Of a DNA stretch of 64,000 nt, positions 38,456 through 51,640 are shown in pieces. The notes below the pieces were generated by a model. The model saw only the letters and a list, made by a program, of their open reading frames with translations, searched no databases and had not been told where the DNA came from. Source of the DNA: Octopus vulgaris (lineage: Eukaryota). The stretch lies in NCBI GenBank assembly GCA_951406725.2, contig OX597829.1:26970001-27034000 (forward strand), given 5' to 3'. The translations under genes and the position numbers were made by a program. Each line of letters begins with the position of its first letter. Position 1 is the first letter of the stretch.

Positions 38456-39540
38456 ACATACATACATATATATATATATATGTATGTATATATGTGTGTG
38501 TGTGTGTGTATGTATATATATAACCATATTTAAAAGTGTTTTAGAATGCTACTACAAAGTTGGGAAAAAGTGAGAAAACAAACTCTAAAGTAAAAAAAAA
38601 AAAAACACTTCCTTATATGTAATTAAGACCTTAAAAATCCTTTATCAAGAGAAAAAAAGAATGAGCTTAATTATGATACACGTGTGGAAAATAGGTAGTT
38701 GTGATGTATGCAAATTGGATAGCATTACATTGAACATATCACACAGCTCTTGTCTGTTGTTGATGGTGGGTTTGATAAGAACAAGAAATTCGAAAATTTC
38801 TAAGATTCCATACTGTGGCTGTGATGGTGGCTATAATATCTTGGTTACGACATCTCTCCAGATTTTGTATCAGTGTGTCTTACAATAGAGGTTAAATGCA
38901 GTTAGAAACTGGTGCTTCTGATATATGTTCCCAACATTTATTACACATGTGATACACCAGACAGACCCATAACATATTTCCACTTTGTTCATAAGGTCAT
39001 TGATCAGTGTTCATACACTGTTGTTGTATATAGGCAATTCCTAGGCTTTTTTTTTTCTTCTATGAAAGAGCAGTTTTTCTTGATGGATTGATTGCCTGGT
39101 CAATTACAGCAATAATTCAATTATCAAAATGTGTCAACTTAGAAAGCAAATGTTCACTTAAGGTATGAACTTACTTTGGTAATAACATTTTAGTTCCAGG
39201 CTGGTATTTTGCAAAGGATCTGCCCAAAGATAGTTTTCTTGTGGAAGTTAGTTTTAATAAATGCCTTCTATGATTTTCAAGTCAGAAATCTCAGGCAAAC
39301 ATAATTGATCGTAGATTTGACTAAAAATATTTATATAAACAAAGGTGTTCCAGCCATGACCATCCTGTCTTTCGATATTGCATATTTAGAACAAACTTAT
39401 CAGATGCGTTCATTTTACCTCGAGGTAGGTTTAATTTGAACATTTTGTAGCTTTCGTTTATTATTTCTAACAAATTGACTGGCTCATGAACAAATGAGGT
39501 TCCTCAACAGTTCATTAATGCATAGCTTCAATACATACCC

Positions 39541-39915
39541 TTTTACTTGTTTCAATTATTTGACTGTGGCCATGCTGTAGCACCACCTTTTAGTCGAGCA
39601 AATCGACCCCAGGACTTATTCTTTGTAAACCTAGTACTTATTCTATCGTTCTCTTTTGCCGAACCCCTAAGTTACGGGGACATAGACACACCAGCATCGG
39701 TTGTCAAGCGATGTTGGGGGGACAAACACAGATACACACACACACACATATATGATGGGCTTCTTTCAGTTTCTGTCTACCAAATCCACTCACAAGGCTT
39801 TGGTCGGTCCAAGGCTATAGTAGAAGACACTTGCCCAAGGTGCCAAGCAGTGGGACTGAACTCAGAACCATGTGGTTGGTAAGCAAGCTACTTACCACTC
39901 AGCCACTCCTGCGCC
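39541..39915 (-). mobile_element. OK-like SINE
   Basis: Reverse-complement match to the family. Confidence 0.9.
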
Positions 39916-40182
39916 TGTTCATACTTTGCATATTCAATGTCTTCTTACTATTTTTGTATTTAAAAAATTCAGATGATGGTAAGTACACTGGACGGGGAAT
40001 TAACAGATGTCTATTGTTAGGAATGCAGTACAAGAAAATCCAAAACTATAGTCTCTAGTGAGTGCTAAAAAAAGCTAATAATAGCAATGCTGATCCTCTA
40101 AATTTTTAGCAACAACATGTGTTAATTCTTTTCCAAGGAAATTATTTACTGCAGTTAAACCCAACATTATTTTACTGTTTAA

Positions 40183-40398
40183 CCTCTTAGCATTCAGATT
40201 TCTTTGTCAAATACATTGCTTATTTATTCACATTGTTTTGAATTAATCACATTATCTTGTAGCTTCAAAATTTCAATGTGTTTGTGTATTTTTAGAATGA
40301 CATTGTAGGGTAGATATGAGAGGTTGGGTATGATTGATTTTAACATAAAACAACATAAAATATTTGGTCCAGATATGACTGCATTATATGCTAAAGGA
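40183..40398 (+). mobile_element. Family B TTAA MITE
   Basis: TTAA/CCTCTTAGCATTCAG ... ATGCTAAAGGA; matches 2976-3193. Confidence 0.72.
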
Positions 40399-40668
40399 TT
40401 GTAATAGTACTATAACATCACTGAAAACTGGGTTTCGGGATTAATTTGTGCCATGTGCCCCTGGTGCTTCCCATTTAATCAGCCAGAAACACCGGGTCTT
40501 ACTGTTCACCCTTTGAGCATCTCAAGGCAGTCATTGGCTGTAAACAGCAAGATTTTAATTACCTACAATGTGACCACCATGTCAGTACCTTAACTTCTCA
40601 AACATTGTATCTTAATACAGAAAACAAATTTTAAAAACAAGTAATCTAGGATAAAAAAAAAATATTCC

Positions 40669-40784
40669 ACAGGAGTGGCTGTGTGGTAAGTAGCTTGGGC
40701 ACCTTGGGCAAGTGTTTTCTATAGCCTCGGGCCAACGAAAGCCTTGTGAGTGGATATGGTAGACAGAAACTGAAAGAAGCCCAT

Positions 40785-40843
<59 letters not shown>

Positions 40844-41055
40844 ATGTATTTGTTTGTGTGTCTGTCCTCCCAACATCGCTTGACAACCGATACTGGTGTG
40901 TTTACATCCCTGTCACTTAGCAGTTCGGCAAGAGAGAGACTGATAGAATAAGTACTAGGCTTACAAAGAATAAGTCCTGGGGTTGATTTACTCGACTAAA
41001 GGCGGTGCTCCAGCATGGCCGCAGTCAAATGACAAACAAATGAAAGAAAGAAAAG
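40669..41055 (+). mobile_element. OK-like SINE with the B-box region deleted
   Basis: GTAAGTAGCTTG is joined directly to GGCACCTTGGGCAAG. Confidence 0.88.
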
Positions 41056-44000
41056 AAATTTAACTCTTTAGCATTCAGATTACTCTGTCAAATTTGATGC
41101 TTATTTATTTACATTGCTTTGAATTAATCATGATGTGATTACAATTTTTTGAATGACATTGTATGTTAAGTGTGAGAGGCTGGATCTGGCTAGTTTGAAC
41201 ATAAAACAGGCAGAATATTTGAACTGGATGTAGCTGATATATGCAACAAATTTACAAGAATTATAAAATATACTAGTTATAAAAGATACTTGAAATATAT
41301 CTATCTTTCACTTGTTTCAATCATTGGACAGCAGCCATACCGGGGCACTGCCTTGAAGGATTTAGTTGAACAAATCACTCCAGAAGTTATTTTTAATTTT
41401 GATATTTATTCTATTGGTCTCTTTTGCCGACACCAGTTGTCAAACAGTGTGGGACACACACACACACAAAGTTCCTATCTACCAAATTCACTCATAAGAC
41501 ATTGGTTAGTCCAGGACTATAGTAGAAAACATATGTCCAAGGTGGCAGTCGGGCAGAAACGTTAGCACGCCGGGCGAAATGCTTAGCAGTATTTCGTCTG
41601 CCGTTACATTCTGAGTTCAACTTTAACTTTCATCCTTTCTGGGTCGATAAATTAAGTACCAGTTATGCACTGGGGTTGATGTAATCGACTTAATCCCTTT
41701 GTCAGTCCTTGTTTGTCCCCTCTGTGTTTAGCCCCTTGTGGGTTATAAAGAAATAAGGAAAAATTTGTCCAAAGTGTCACACAGTGGAACTGAACCTGAA
41801 ATCATTTGGTTGCAAAGCAAGCTTTTTAACCACACAGCCATGCTTATTTTTTTTTCTCTCTCTCTCTATTATTAATTACCAGGATACAGAACAGGTTAAT
41901 GTTTGAATTATCAATTACATCTGATACTTAACATTTAAAACAAAACCAAAAAAACTGTTTACCCATCAAACATTTTACAAGAGCTTGAAATCACATGATT
42001 CAGCCATGATTCATCCATCATCTGTTAAATGTTCATCCCTCATCATGGCATGGGCTAAATGGCTTGACAACATCTGGTGAACCACAGGGCTGTGAAGCTC
42101 CAATGTCAGTTCTGTCTTAGTTTCTACAGCCAGATGCCTTTCCTAATGCCAACCACTTCAGTGTATACTGGATGTTATTTTTGTGCCACCAGCACTAGTG
42201 AGGTTGCCAAGTAATTTGCAAGACAGAAAAAAAAACCTCTACAATTAAATGTGAGAGGAGTATTTGGGAAGAGGAGGAGGCTTAACACCAGGTATTGAGA
42301 GGCTAAAATATGATAAGGAAACAAAAACAGATGTCTTAATATAAAGGAGATACATGTCTACCCCGAAGTAATTTAAACATGAGTCACTGAAGGGATAAAA
42401 CTAAAACAACAGTATATTTAGGCTGTTACTCTAATGACACTATAACCCAGACAAATTTAAAATAACAACACAAAAATATATAAACGGTGTTAAGTGTTAC
42501 AGTGTCAATGTTACAAGTTTAAAAGCAACCATCCCATGAAGCCCTCCTCATAAACATTTAACAACTAGTTTAAGGAGTAGATAGATACTAAATTAGCACT
42601 GATATCAACAGATTTGGAACAGGCAGGGATGTGTGGTTAAGAAATTTGCTTCCCAGGCATATGGTTTCACATTTAGTCACATTACATGGCACCATAGGCA
42701 AGTGCCTCCAGTTATGACTCCAGGCCAACCTAAACAGTTTGAGTGAACTTGAGAGACCGAAACTGAAGTGTGTGTATGTGTGTGTTTACATATGTGCCTT
42801 TCTGAAAAATCACTAAGCCACTTCTGCCAGCAAATCACTCAGTAGCTTTGTGAATTCAAAGATGTGAAGATTAAGATATCCTTCAACCAAAAAAGCATGC
42901 AAAGGTTAGTGATAAGAAGCATCCAGATGTAAAACAATACCTCACCAATAACTCAGTAATTTGTGGGAAATGGACACAAAAGCAGGCAAGAATTATTATC
43001 TGGTTCAGAACATTGTATGAATTAACAAGAGATTCCACAATGTGGTTGCCCAACCTGATAGAAATAGACAAATATCTTCCTAAAATCAGATTCTACTATC
43101 TTAAAAAAGAAATACTGTGTATAATACAGTCTCTAGATATATAATCTTGGAAGAATAAAATGGAAATGGATGGCCATAAGTGGAATGGCTTTCCTTGATC
43201 ATGAGTGCTGGGTCAGAACTAACCAGGTGTTAAACAACATTATCAATCAGACCATTATCAAAAGCATTTCTAAAGCAGCAAGTAGCAGAATCATTAGCAG
43301 GTTTGATAAAATGCTTAGCGTTATTTCATGTTGCCATGCATTGAGTTCAAATTCCACTGAGGCTGCCTTTCATCCTTTCAGGAAACACTGTGGTCAATGT
43401 AATTGACCTCAGGCCTTAGGCAAATTTCAGGCATTGTGTCATTAGTAGAAAGGATTATCAAAAGCATTTCAGCTATGACCACCTATTTTTTTTGAAGCCT
43501 TGCCTACCAAGCGCTACATTATCTAAATGTGCACTTGTCAACCTTTCGGCATTCAGATTTCCCTGTCAAATGTAATGCTCATTATTCACATTGTTTTGAA
43601 TTACTCATGCATTAACTTGAGATGTCAATGATGACACTGTAGGCTAAGTGTGAGAGGCTGGATATGACCAGTTTGAACATAAAACAGGTAGAAATATTTG
43701 GGCCAGATATGGTTAGTTTAAATGCTAAAGGAAGAAGGCAGCAGAATGAGATTTAAAGGAGATCTATCTGCTCTTCGTAAGAGGTTGGAGACCGCTTGGA
43801 AGCCCCTATACTAGTTTGTTATCAGGTACCTAATCTCAATACTTAAGTGAACTATGGTAATGTAGGGCAGTGTTCAGTACAAAAACAACAGCGGATGGGA
43901 GATAGATAGATCACTATGATAAGACATCACCTATCACTGATGCAAAAGAGGATTGACATAATATGGTGTTGTGTACAGAAACATGACTTAGAAGACAAAG

Positions 44001-46464
44001 GTAAATATTTGCCAATGTAGGATGCTACTGTCACAGATAACCTATTCCTGACATAAGTGAACCTTGGTAATGTAGAATGTGGATAATGTTCAAAAACAGA
44101 GAGAATAGGATAAATCACTCCCTGGAATAAAATACCTATCTTACAGGCAACTGTCCTCACATGATCTGGTACTTGTTGCTAGTATCTAAGTGGGTTAAAG
44201 AAATATAGGATTTACGTGTGAAACCTCTCAGTACCCAACATGAACTTACAACTATTTGGTAAAGTCTTAGTAATCATGTGTGTATATGTTTGAGAGCATG
44301 AGACATATTTTACAATAACAGTCAAGTGAGATTATCTGAATACATCTTATGACCAAGACTTCTCTAAATATTGTTCTTTGTGTGTGTACAATTAAGTAAA
44401 CATATGTGCTTACTAATAAATAAAAATGATTTAATACAAGTTTATACAAACACACACGGATAAACATATCATTTCACACACACACACACACACAGATAAA
44501 CATATTTAACACACACATTAAATTTTGAAGCTGAAACTTCAAAAGTTAACTAGTTTCATGTTACCTGAGGATCAGGGAATGTGTAACTCGTGATTTCTTA
44601 AGTATCAGTTTAAAAAAAAAAAAGAAATTGTATATAGGGTATCAAGTTGGTAGAAATGGCAGTGAGCCTGAACTAGATGCCTTACACTACTTAGTTTTAA
44701 GTAAAAGGAGAAAGAAAGAGCTAAACTTTTTTTTTTTTTGTGTGGTATTTACAGTCCTTTTATATTATGCCACATAAAACTATACATAGGTGGAGCTGCA
44801 CTCACCAGCCTCCTGGGAACATGTGTGAAGAAGCATAAAATAACCTCTGGAGAATCATACTTGTTAAATAAGGTGAGCAAGAGAGGGTACCAAAAGTTTC
44901 CTTGTCTCCTACACCAATGCTTCATCTAACTTTTTGCTGTAGATGTGCACAGAAATTCATATTGTGTGCAAACTGTCTGCCTTTGCAAAATATGTGAACA
45001 TCCATGCAAAGTACCCATTGCTCAAATGCTTTATTGATCACCTAATGCACAGGATTTTCAAGTGTGTATTTAAAAAATTTTTTTGTACTAATTGCAAAAC
45101 ATACATGCATACAAGTGCAGAGCTTCAAGGCAACATTGGTGTATCCCCTCGCACCCTGGATGCTGAGAACCCTCAAATCATTATTCCTGGGATGGTTATG
45201 GGAGGAAGAGTTCTCAGGCACATCCTCTGTAGAGTCCTATCAGAGCAGACATAAGATTTTACAGATGGATTCCCAAATATAACCAACTTAAGCCACAGAC
45301 ACTGTTGCTTGTCCCTAGTATAAAGCTACCTTTCCACCCTTTAAAATACAACCCTCGCTTAGTCAAGAGCACTTTCCCTTTTCCCCTTTTGTTTTTGTCT
45401 TACAAGCTAACTGACTGCTTCACCAGTGCCAGTGGCACATAAAAACGCACTCAATATGTGGCATTAGGAGGAGCATCGAGTCATAGAAACGAAGCCAAAA
45501 CCCAAGAAGGAGCATGATGCAACTCTGTGGCTCCTGTCAAATAATCCAACCCATGCCAGCATGAAAAACAGACATTAATCGATGATGATGAGGGTGACTT
45601 CAATTTGAGGCAATAAATGTAAGATGAGGAGGAAAAAAAAAATCATTAACCATTTTGTAGGAAAACTACAGATTAATAAGATTAGTCATAGGCTCTAAAT
45701 CTAATTAAACATGATTATCTAAATTTGAATGAAGACAAGTGAGAATATTCCCATTATTAAAGTGTTATGCTTTCCAAGCACATGGTTTCAGGTTCAATCC
45801 CACTGCATGGCATCTTGGGTGACTTCTACTACAGCCTCAGGTTAACCAAAGCCTTGTGAGCGGATTTGGTGGCAGACACAAACTGTGTACTTGTGTGCAT
45901 ATATATATACGTGTGTGTGTGTGTCCTTGTTTGTCCTTCAAACCCACCATGTAACAATCAGTGTCTGTTTATATCTACATAATTAAGTAGTTCAGCGAAA
46001 GAGTTCAGTTTAAAACTTAAGTACCAGGGTCTGCTTGTTTGACTAAACCCTTAAAAGAAACCTCAACATGGCCACATTCTAGTGACTAAAGCAGACAAAA
46101 GTTTGTTTGTTTTTTTTACATGTATATCTGTGCTTCTGTATGTATATGCAGATATGAGCATGTATTTGGTTGTAATGTTCCTAATTTTAAACTCAAAATA
46201 AGCCCAACAATTAATTACCTCAACTGATCCAACACCAGACAGACACACCTGATTTAAATCACTTAGAGTTAAATATAAAAGTTAGGTTAAAAATCATTTC
46301 AGCTTGTTAACCCTTTCAATGTCAAAGCATTCATGCCACCCAGATAATCTAATGAGTGTGAACAATCCAAAAATCAATGACTTGTAAGCCATATTTAACT
46401 GCATGTAACTATCCAAACAATAATTATATCTTGTGTGCATACACACACACACACATATATATAT

Positions 46465-46852
46465 ACTCTTTTTACTTGTTTCAGTCATTTGACTGCGGCC
46501 ATGCTGGAGCACCGCCTTTAGTCGAGCAAATCGACCCCGGGACTTATTCTTTGTAAGCCCAGTACTTATTCTATCGGTCTCTTTTGCCGAACCGCTAAGT
46601 GACGGGGACGTAAACACACCAGCATCGGTTGTCAAGCAATGCTAGGGGGACAAACACAGACACACAAAGAAACACACACATACATATATACGACAGGCTT
46701 CTTTCAGTTTCCGTCTACCAAATCCACTCACAAGGCATTGGTCGGCCCAGGGCTATAGCAGAAGACACTTGCCCAAGATGCCACGCAGTGGGATTGAACC
46801 CGGAACCATGTGGTTGGTAAGCAAGCTACTTACCACACAGCCACTCCTGCGT
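46465..46852 (-). mobile_element. OK-like SINE, young full-length copy
   Basis: Very similar to 15221-15638, including shared variants (GGCATTGGTCGGCC, GGGATTGAACCC). Confidence 0.92.
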
Positions 46853-46887
46853 CTATATATAGATATATATAAAATATATTTGGCAAC

Positions 46888-47627
46888 TTAAAGTTTTTCT
46901 CTCAGAGCAAAAGGAAGATTGTCTGATGCATGTATACAAACAGCAATTCTACATGGTAGTGAGACATGGGCTTCAAACGCAGAGGACATGCAAAGGCTAG
47001 AGAGGAGTGAGGCTAGCATGCTCTGCTGGACGTGTAATGTAAGTGTATAAGTTTGACAGAGTGCTGGTGTATTGAGTGAGAAGTGAGCCATAAAAGGAAT
47101 ATTAGTTGCTGTGTGCAAAAGAGAAGACTGCACTGGTTTAGTCATGTGATGTGAATCGATGCCAACAGCCCCATAAAGAAGTGATCTCTCAAAGTAGATG
47201 GAACACAGAGGTGAGAGTCCTAAGAAGACATGCGATGAAATACTGGACAATGACTTCCAAACACTGAACCTCTCAGATGAGATGACAAAGGATCGAGATA
47301 CCTGGTGCCTTGCTGTACTCAAGACCCATCCTCCACAGCAAAAGTGTTAAGGCCGGTCCCCTCTAGTGAAGAGGATTGGCCTGCAAGAGTTGCGCTCATG
47401 CCATATGCTGTAAAAGCACTCATGCAGTACCATGTAAAAGCAATTGTGTGATGCCACGTTAAAAGCACACAGCACACACCGTAAAGTTGTTAGTGTTAAG
47501 AAGGGCATCCAGCTACAGAAACCAAACCAAATCTGACTAGAACTTGGTGCAGCTCTCCAGCTTGCTAGCTCTGGTCAATCCATCCAACCCATGCCAGCAC
47601 AGAAAACAGACGTTAAAGGATGATGAT
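46888..47627 (+). pseudogene. 5'-truncated RTE LINE (ORF C-terminus, 3' UTR, (GAT)n tail)
   Basis: FSLRAKGRLSDACIQTAILHGSETWASNAEDMQRLERSEASMLCWTCNV contains the RTE L(Y/H)GSETW motif. Confidence 0.88.
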
Positions 47628-48345
47628 ACACACACACGCATAGACACACACACATACACATAATACATGCATACGTGAGCTAGATTCATGTGTGTTTTGT
47701 GCTGTCACTCGTTTTGATCTTCCTTTCTCGGTCTTCCCAGGACTTCCCTCTAGTGTCCAACGAAGGACTGTATCAAAACGCTATATTTTTACTTCACAAC
47801 TTCTATTTCTTCTTGGAGTGCCAACCTAACAACATTAATTGTGAATGTCCATTGGACTTTGGTTGTTTGCATTTGTATTAATACACACACTTAATGCCCT
47901 GACGTGCAACTAATTCCTCAGTCAGCTGAAAGAACAGCTTACTCTATAACAGTGACAGATCGCTGGATTAACCTAAATAAATTTGATATTGAGTACGTTT
48001 TCTCCTGTTCGTTAAACTCAACATAGTGTGCATGTGTAGGCATAAAGAAACACATATATGCATGTGTAGGCATAAAGAATCCATAAGCCGATGACCGTTA
48101 ACAAACAAAATTTTTTTTTAATCCCTCAAAAGAAGAGGAACCAATATTGAGCAAGTGACTCATGGTTTTGGACGGTTCTGTACTCACAGACAGTAACTGT
48201 TTTTATTTAAAAAAAAACAAAAAAACTCAGAACTATGAGATGACTAAACATATACGAGGAACGTGGAGCATCAAACTGGTAAATGCGTAGGTAGCTACAA
48301 AAGTCGCCCCCAAATGTCTCACAACTCTCACTTCTGCCCCCCCCT

Positions 48346-48383
<38 letters not shown>

Positions 48384-49059
48384 CTACTTACACAATTGCG
48401 AATACTCACCCATACGGCTTGGGAGGAAAATGAAATAAAATAAAAACGGAGTTAAATGTGCGTGTGTGTGTGTGTGTAGGCGCATATTTGTGCGTTATCT
48501 GTTTAAAGAAACAGTGTACGGATATAGTTTGTAAAGAAGAAGAGGAATGTCTTAACATGGACTAAATTCATGCATGTAATGAGATGAATGTGAGCAGACA
48601 GTGAGAGATACATAAATACTTGATTTAAGCAATGCACGCGCACATATCATATACATACATATATGTCTGTGTGTGTGTTCTACACATACACAGCTTTCTT
48701 TTAAAATAAGGATTCATTGAATGCAAACGTGACATATACAAAGAGGCTGCTTATGTTATGTTACAAAATGAGCGAAGGCAAATGGGGCAAAAAAACTAAC
48801 TTGTTACACATTTTTTTTTTTTTTATTTCTTTTTCCTGATACCATAACACTGCTTCCTTGTTTACTAAACAAAGGAATGTTCGGATTACAAGTGACAGCT
48901 GGAAGTCATGATTTGAAAAATTACAGCCAAATAAATGAAATGGGTGGAGGAAACAAACAAAATTGTCGTTTTCCAGTAATTGAAATTAACTCCAAATAAT
49001 TTTTTTTTTTTTTAAAGACAACGAAAAAAAAATGTTTTAAATAAACCGAGGGAAGAAAA

Positions 49060-49101
<42 letters not shown>

Positions 49102-49109
<8 letters not shown>

Positions 49110-49285
49110 ATATAAGAGAATGGTCACTATGTGGCTCATTCTAGCACTAGAAAATCCAAAAGGTTTCAACCACAAAAATACATGTTTCCCTTTCATGGGA
49201 AACATGTATTTTTGTGGTTGAAACCTTTTGGATTTTCTAGTGCTAGAATGAGCCACATAGTGACCATTCTCTTATATTTATTTTT
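49102..49285. repeat. Perfect 89-bp-arm palindrome within a ~310-bp insert in (TA)n
   Basis: 49102-49190 is the exact reverse complement of 49197-49285; spacer TTTCAT. Confidence 0.92.
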
Positions 49286-49407
49286 GTATAAAATATTATA
49301 ATATATTATAAAATATTATAATAATCCAGGTTTCTCGAAGCACTGGGCCACTTGGTGTTGAATAGATATACTATTAAATTAGTATCTAATTCTCTCACCC
49401 TTATTAA

Positions 49408-49455
<48 letters not shown>

Positions 49456-51059
49456 GTTAATCATAGCAATAATGCATAATATATACACACACCTCCCTCC
49501 CTTAAACAGTGTGCCTGCAATTTAAAAACTTCATAATCTATTAAAAGTACAATATTTAAAAATAACTGGGTTGTTAAATAAACAAATAGATAAATGAATA
49601 CATACATAAATAAATAAATGAATGACAAGCGAAATTATAAGTTATATCGCTACAGAACGGCGCATTCCTTACTGAATGGACAAAGGAAAAATAGCGATTA
49701 TATCAGATTAAGTTAAAAGTGACAAGTATGAACTAGTGAAAAAAGAAAAAAAAAACCTTATTTCGAGAAACAGTAACAAAGCAGCTGAAGTCTAAGATGA
49801 TATCAGAATTTCTTGTTACTTCCAGGGTGTTTATTGTTAAACATATAAAAATAGCGGGTACTTTTACAGTAATAGCTATCGTTTGTTATTTTATAGTTGT
49901 TTTTTTTCTTTATTTTTTTTAGTATTGCAATGAAATTTTAACTATTTCTCACGTTAAAACTTACTACATTATAAGGGACGTGTTCGTTTTGATCGGTAAA
50001 TATACTGAATTTATGTGAAAATTATTTCCGAATGTGTTTTAAAACAGATTGTTGACTGGAAAAAAAAAATGGGGAGAAAAACAGCTGAGTTATATTCTTT
50101 TTACAGCTAAATTTTAAAAAATTATGATCGATCCTTTTAAGTCATTGAATGGGTTAGCTAACGCCATCCCCACCACCCCGAAGGTAAACACATTTTAAAG
50201 TTGCAAAGTAGAAAATACTAAACTGAAATGTTGCCGGGGAAAAGGGGTAAGCAATACGGAATCCCCTTTCTGCGATTATGGAACAGTCCACACCATGAGT
50301 CACTTACAAGTTTACTCAATATTGGAATCCCCTTGTTCAGGTACTTTGAAAAGCCAAAATTTACACAAAGAGTGTGCAAAATTGCGTTAAAAAGTTGAAA
50401 TGTTTTACACAGGTACGAAATAATAAAATTACTGTTCGAAATTTTTATAAATTTAGGTGATACGTATAGTTAAATTAAAAAGTTTTACAGCAAAGTTATA
50501 AATATGAACTTGAATATTCAATCAATTTTCAATGTGATTTTAATATGAGGCAAGAACGTGTCAACTTTTTAACAGTTCCTTACTGCCCCATCTAAGTAGC
50601 ATTTTATGAAAATGCTTGGTGGTTTTAGTTATAGATGTATAAGATAGACGGATGGATCATCGTTCGGTTTCAGAGATAAGTATTCCAGTTGGTCTGAATG
50701 ACTCCGCAAACACGTATACTCTTAGCATAATCTTCGGGACAAAATCAACATGGCACGGTGGCAAAGTTAACCCTTTGAATGACACAGTTCTCCTGACAAG
50801 CTTCTGCAGTTTCCATCTAACCCCCTTTTGTTCACAAGAATTGTATCGACCTGAAACTAAAATGCCACGCTCTGAGATCGAAGTTGAGATCTCATGATGC
50901 CAAAACAAAACCATTCGCCTACTTTTGCCGATTATATTTATAAAGGTCCAGCATTCGAAAACCACTGCATGACATCATGGACATGTGTTATCACACATGC
51001 ATAACTTGACATCAGCAAAGTATTCGAGCGTACCAGGCAGGTGATTCTACCCACCAACG

Positions 51060-51640
51060 AGGTCCATCCATTTGTCAGTTGAATTGGTGACTTCATATCA
51101 ATTAGTGTGATGGAGCTCTCTTATCTACACTATCAGCTCTGGTGTACCCGAAGGATCACTTTGTCACCCACGCTTTTACACACACCAATGGCCTTTTTGC
51201 CGCCACTAACAACGCCTATTTCTAGACAAATGATTCCAGATGCAACCAACACATATCACGCCAAGCCCAGACTGACTCCATAAACAGATACCTCGAAAAC
51301 TTCCTCCTATAGAGTCATGCCAATCTTGTTTCCTTCAACAACAACACGATCACTTTACATAAAGACAACATTGTCTCCCATCCCGTCGACATAAACGGAA
51401 AGCAACAAGAACTCTCAAAGGCCGCTACAAATGCCTGAGCCTTAAGGGTTCTTGTAGCTCTCCCGGCGAATGCACATCCTTGATACGGCAAAGAATGATT
51501 AGAAATATTTCAGGTTCCCAACAACTAACTCTCCCCAAAAACGTATTGCTGTGGTGCAACACTATCTATGCTGCGTCCAAAAGAAAAGAGGGGGGGAAAA
51601 AAGAGCAAAAGCCACCCGCCTGTTTGTCATTGAAGTCATT
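51060..51640 (+). pseudogene. Very old non-LTR retrotransposon RT fragment (CR1/L2/Jockey group)
   Basis: ISSGVPEGSL resembles GVPQGS, and SINRYLENFLL*SHANLVSFNNN resembles SLN.DL..I..W...NLV.FN..KT. Confidence 0.55.

Noticed and set aside
47750-47790. tagtgtcCAACGAaggactgtatcAAAAcg as a relic hammerhead
   Set aside because: Several core positions differ; cannot be supported without a family consensus.
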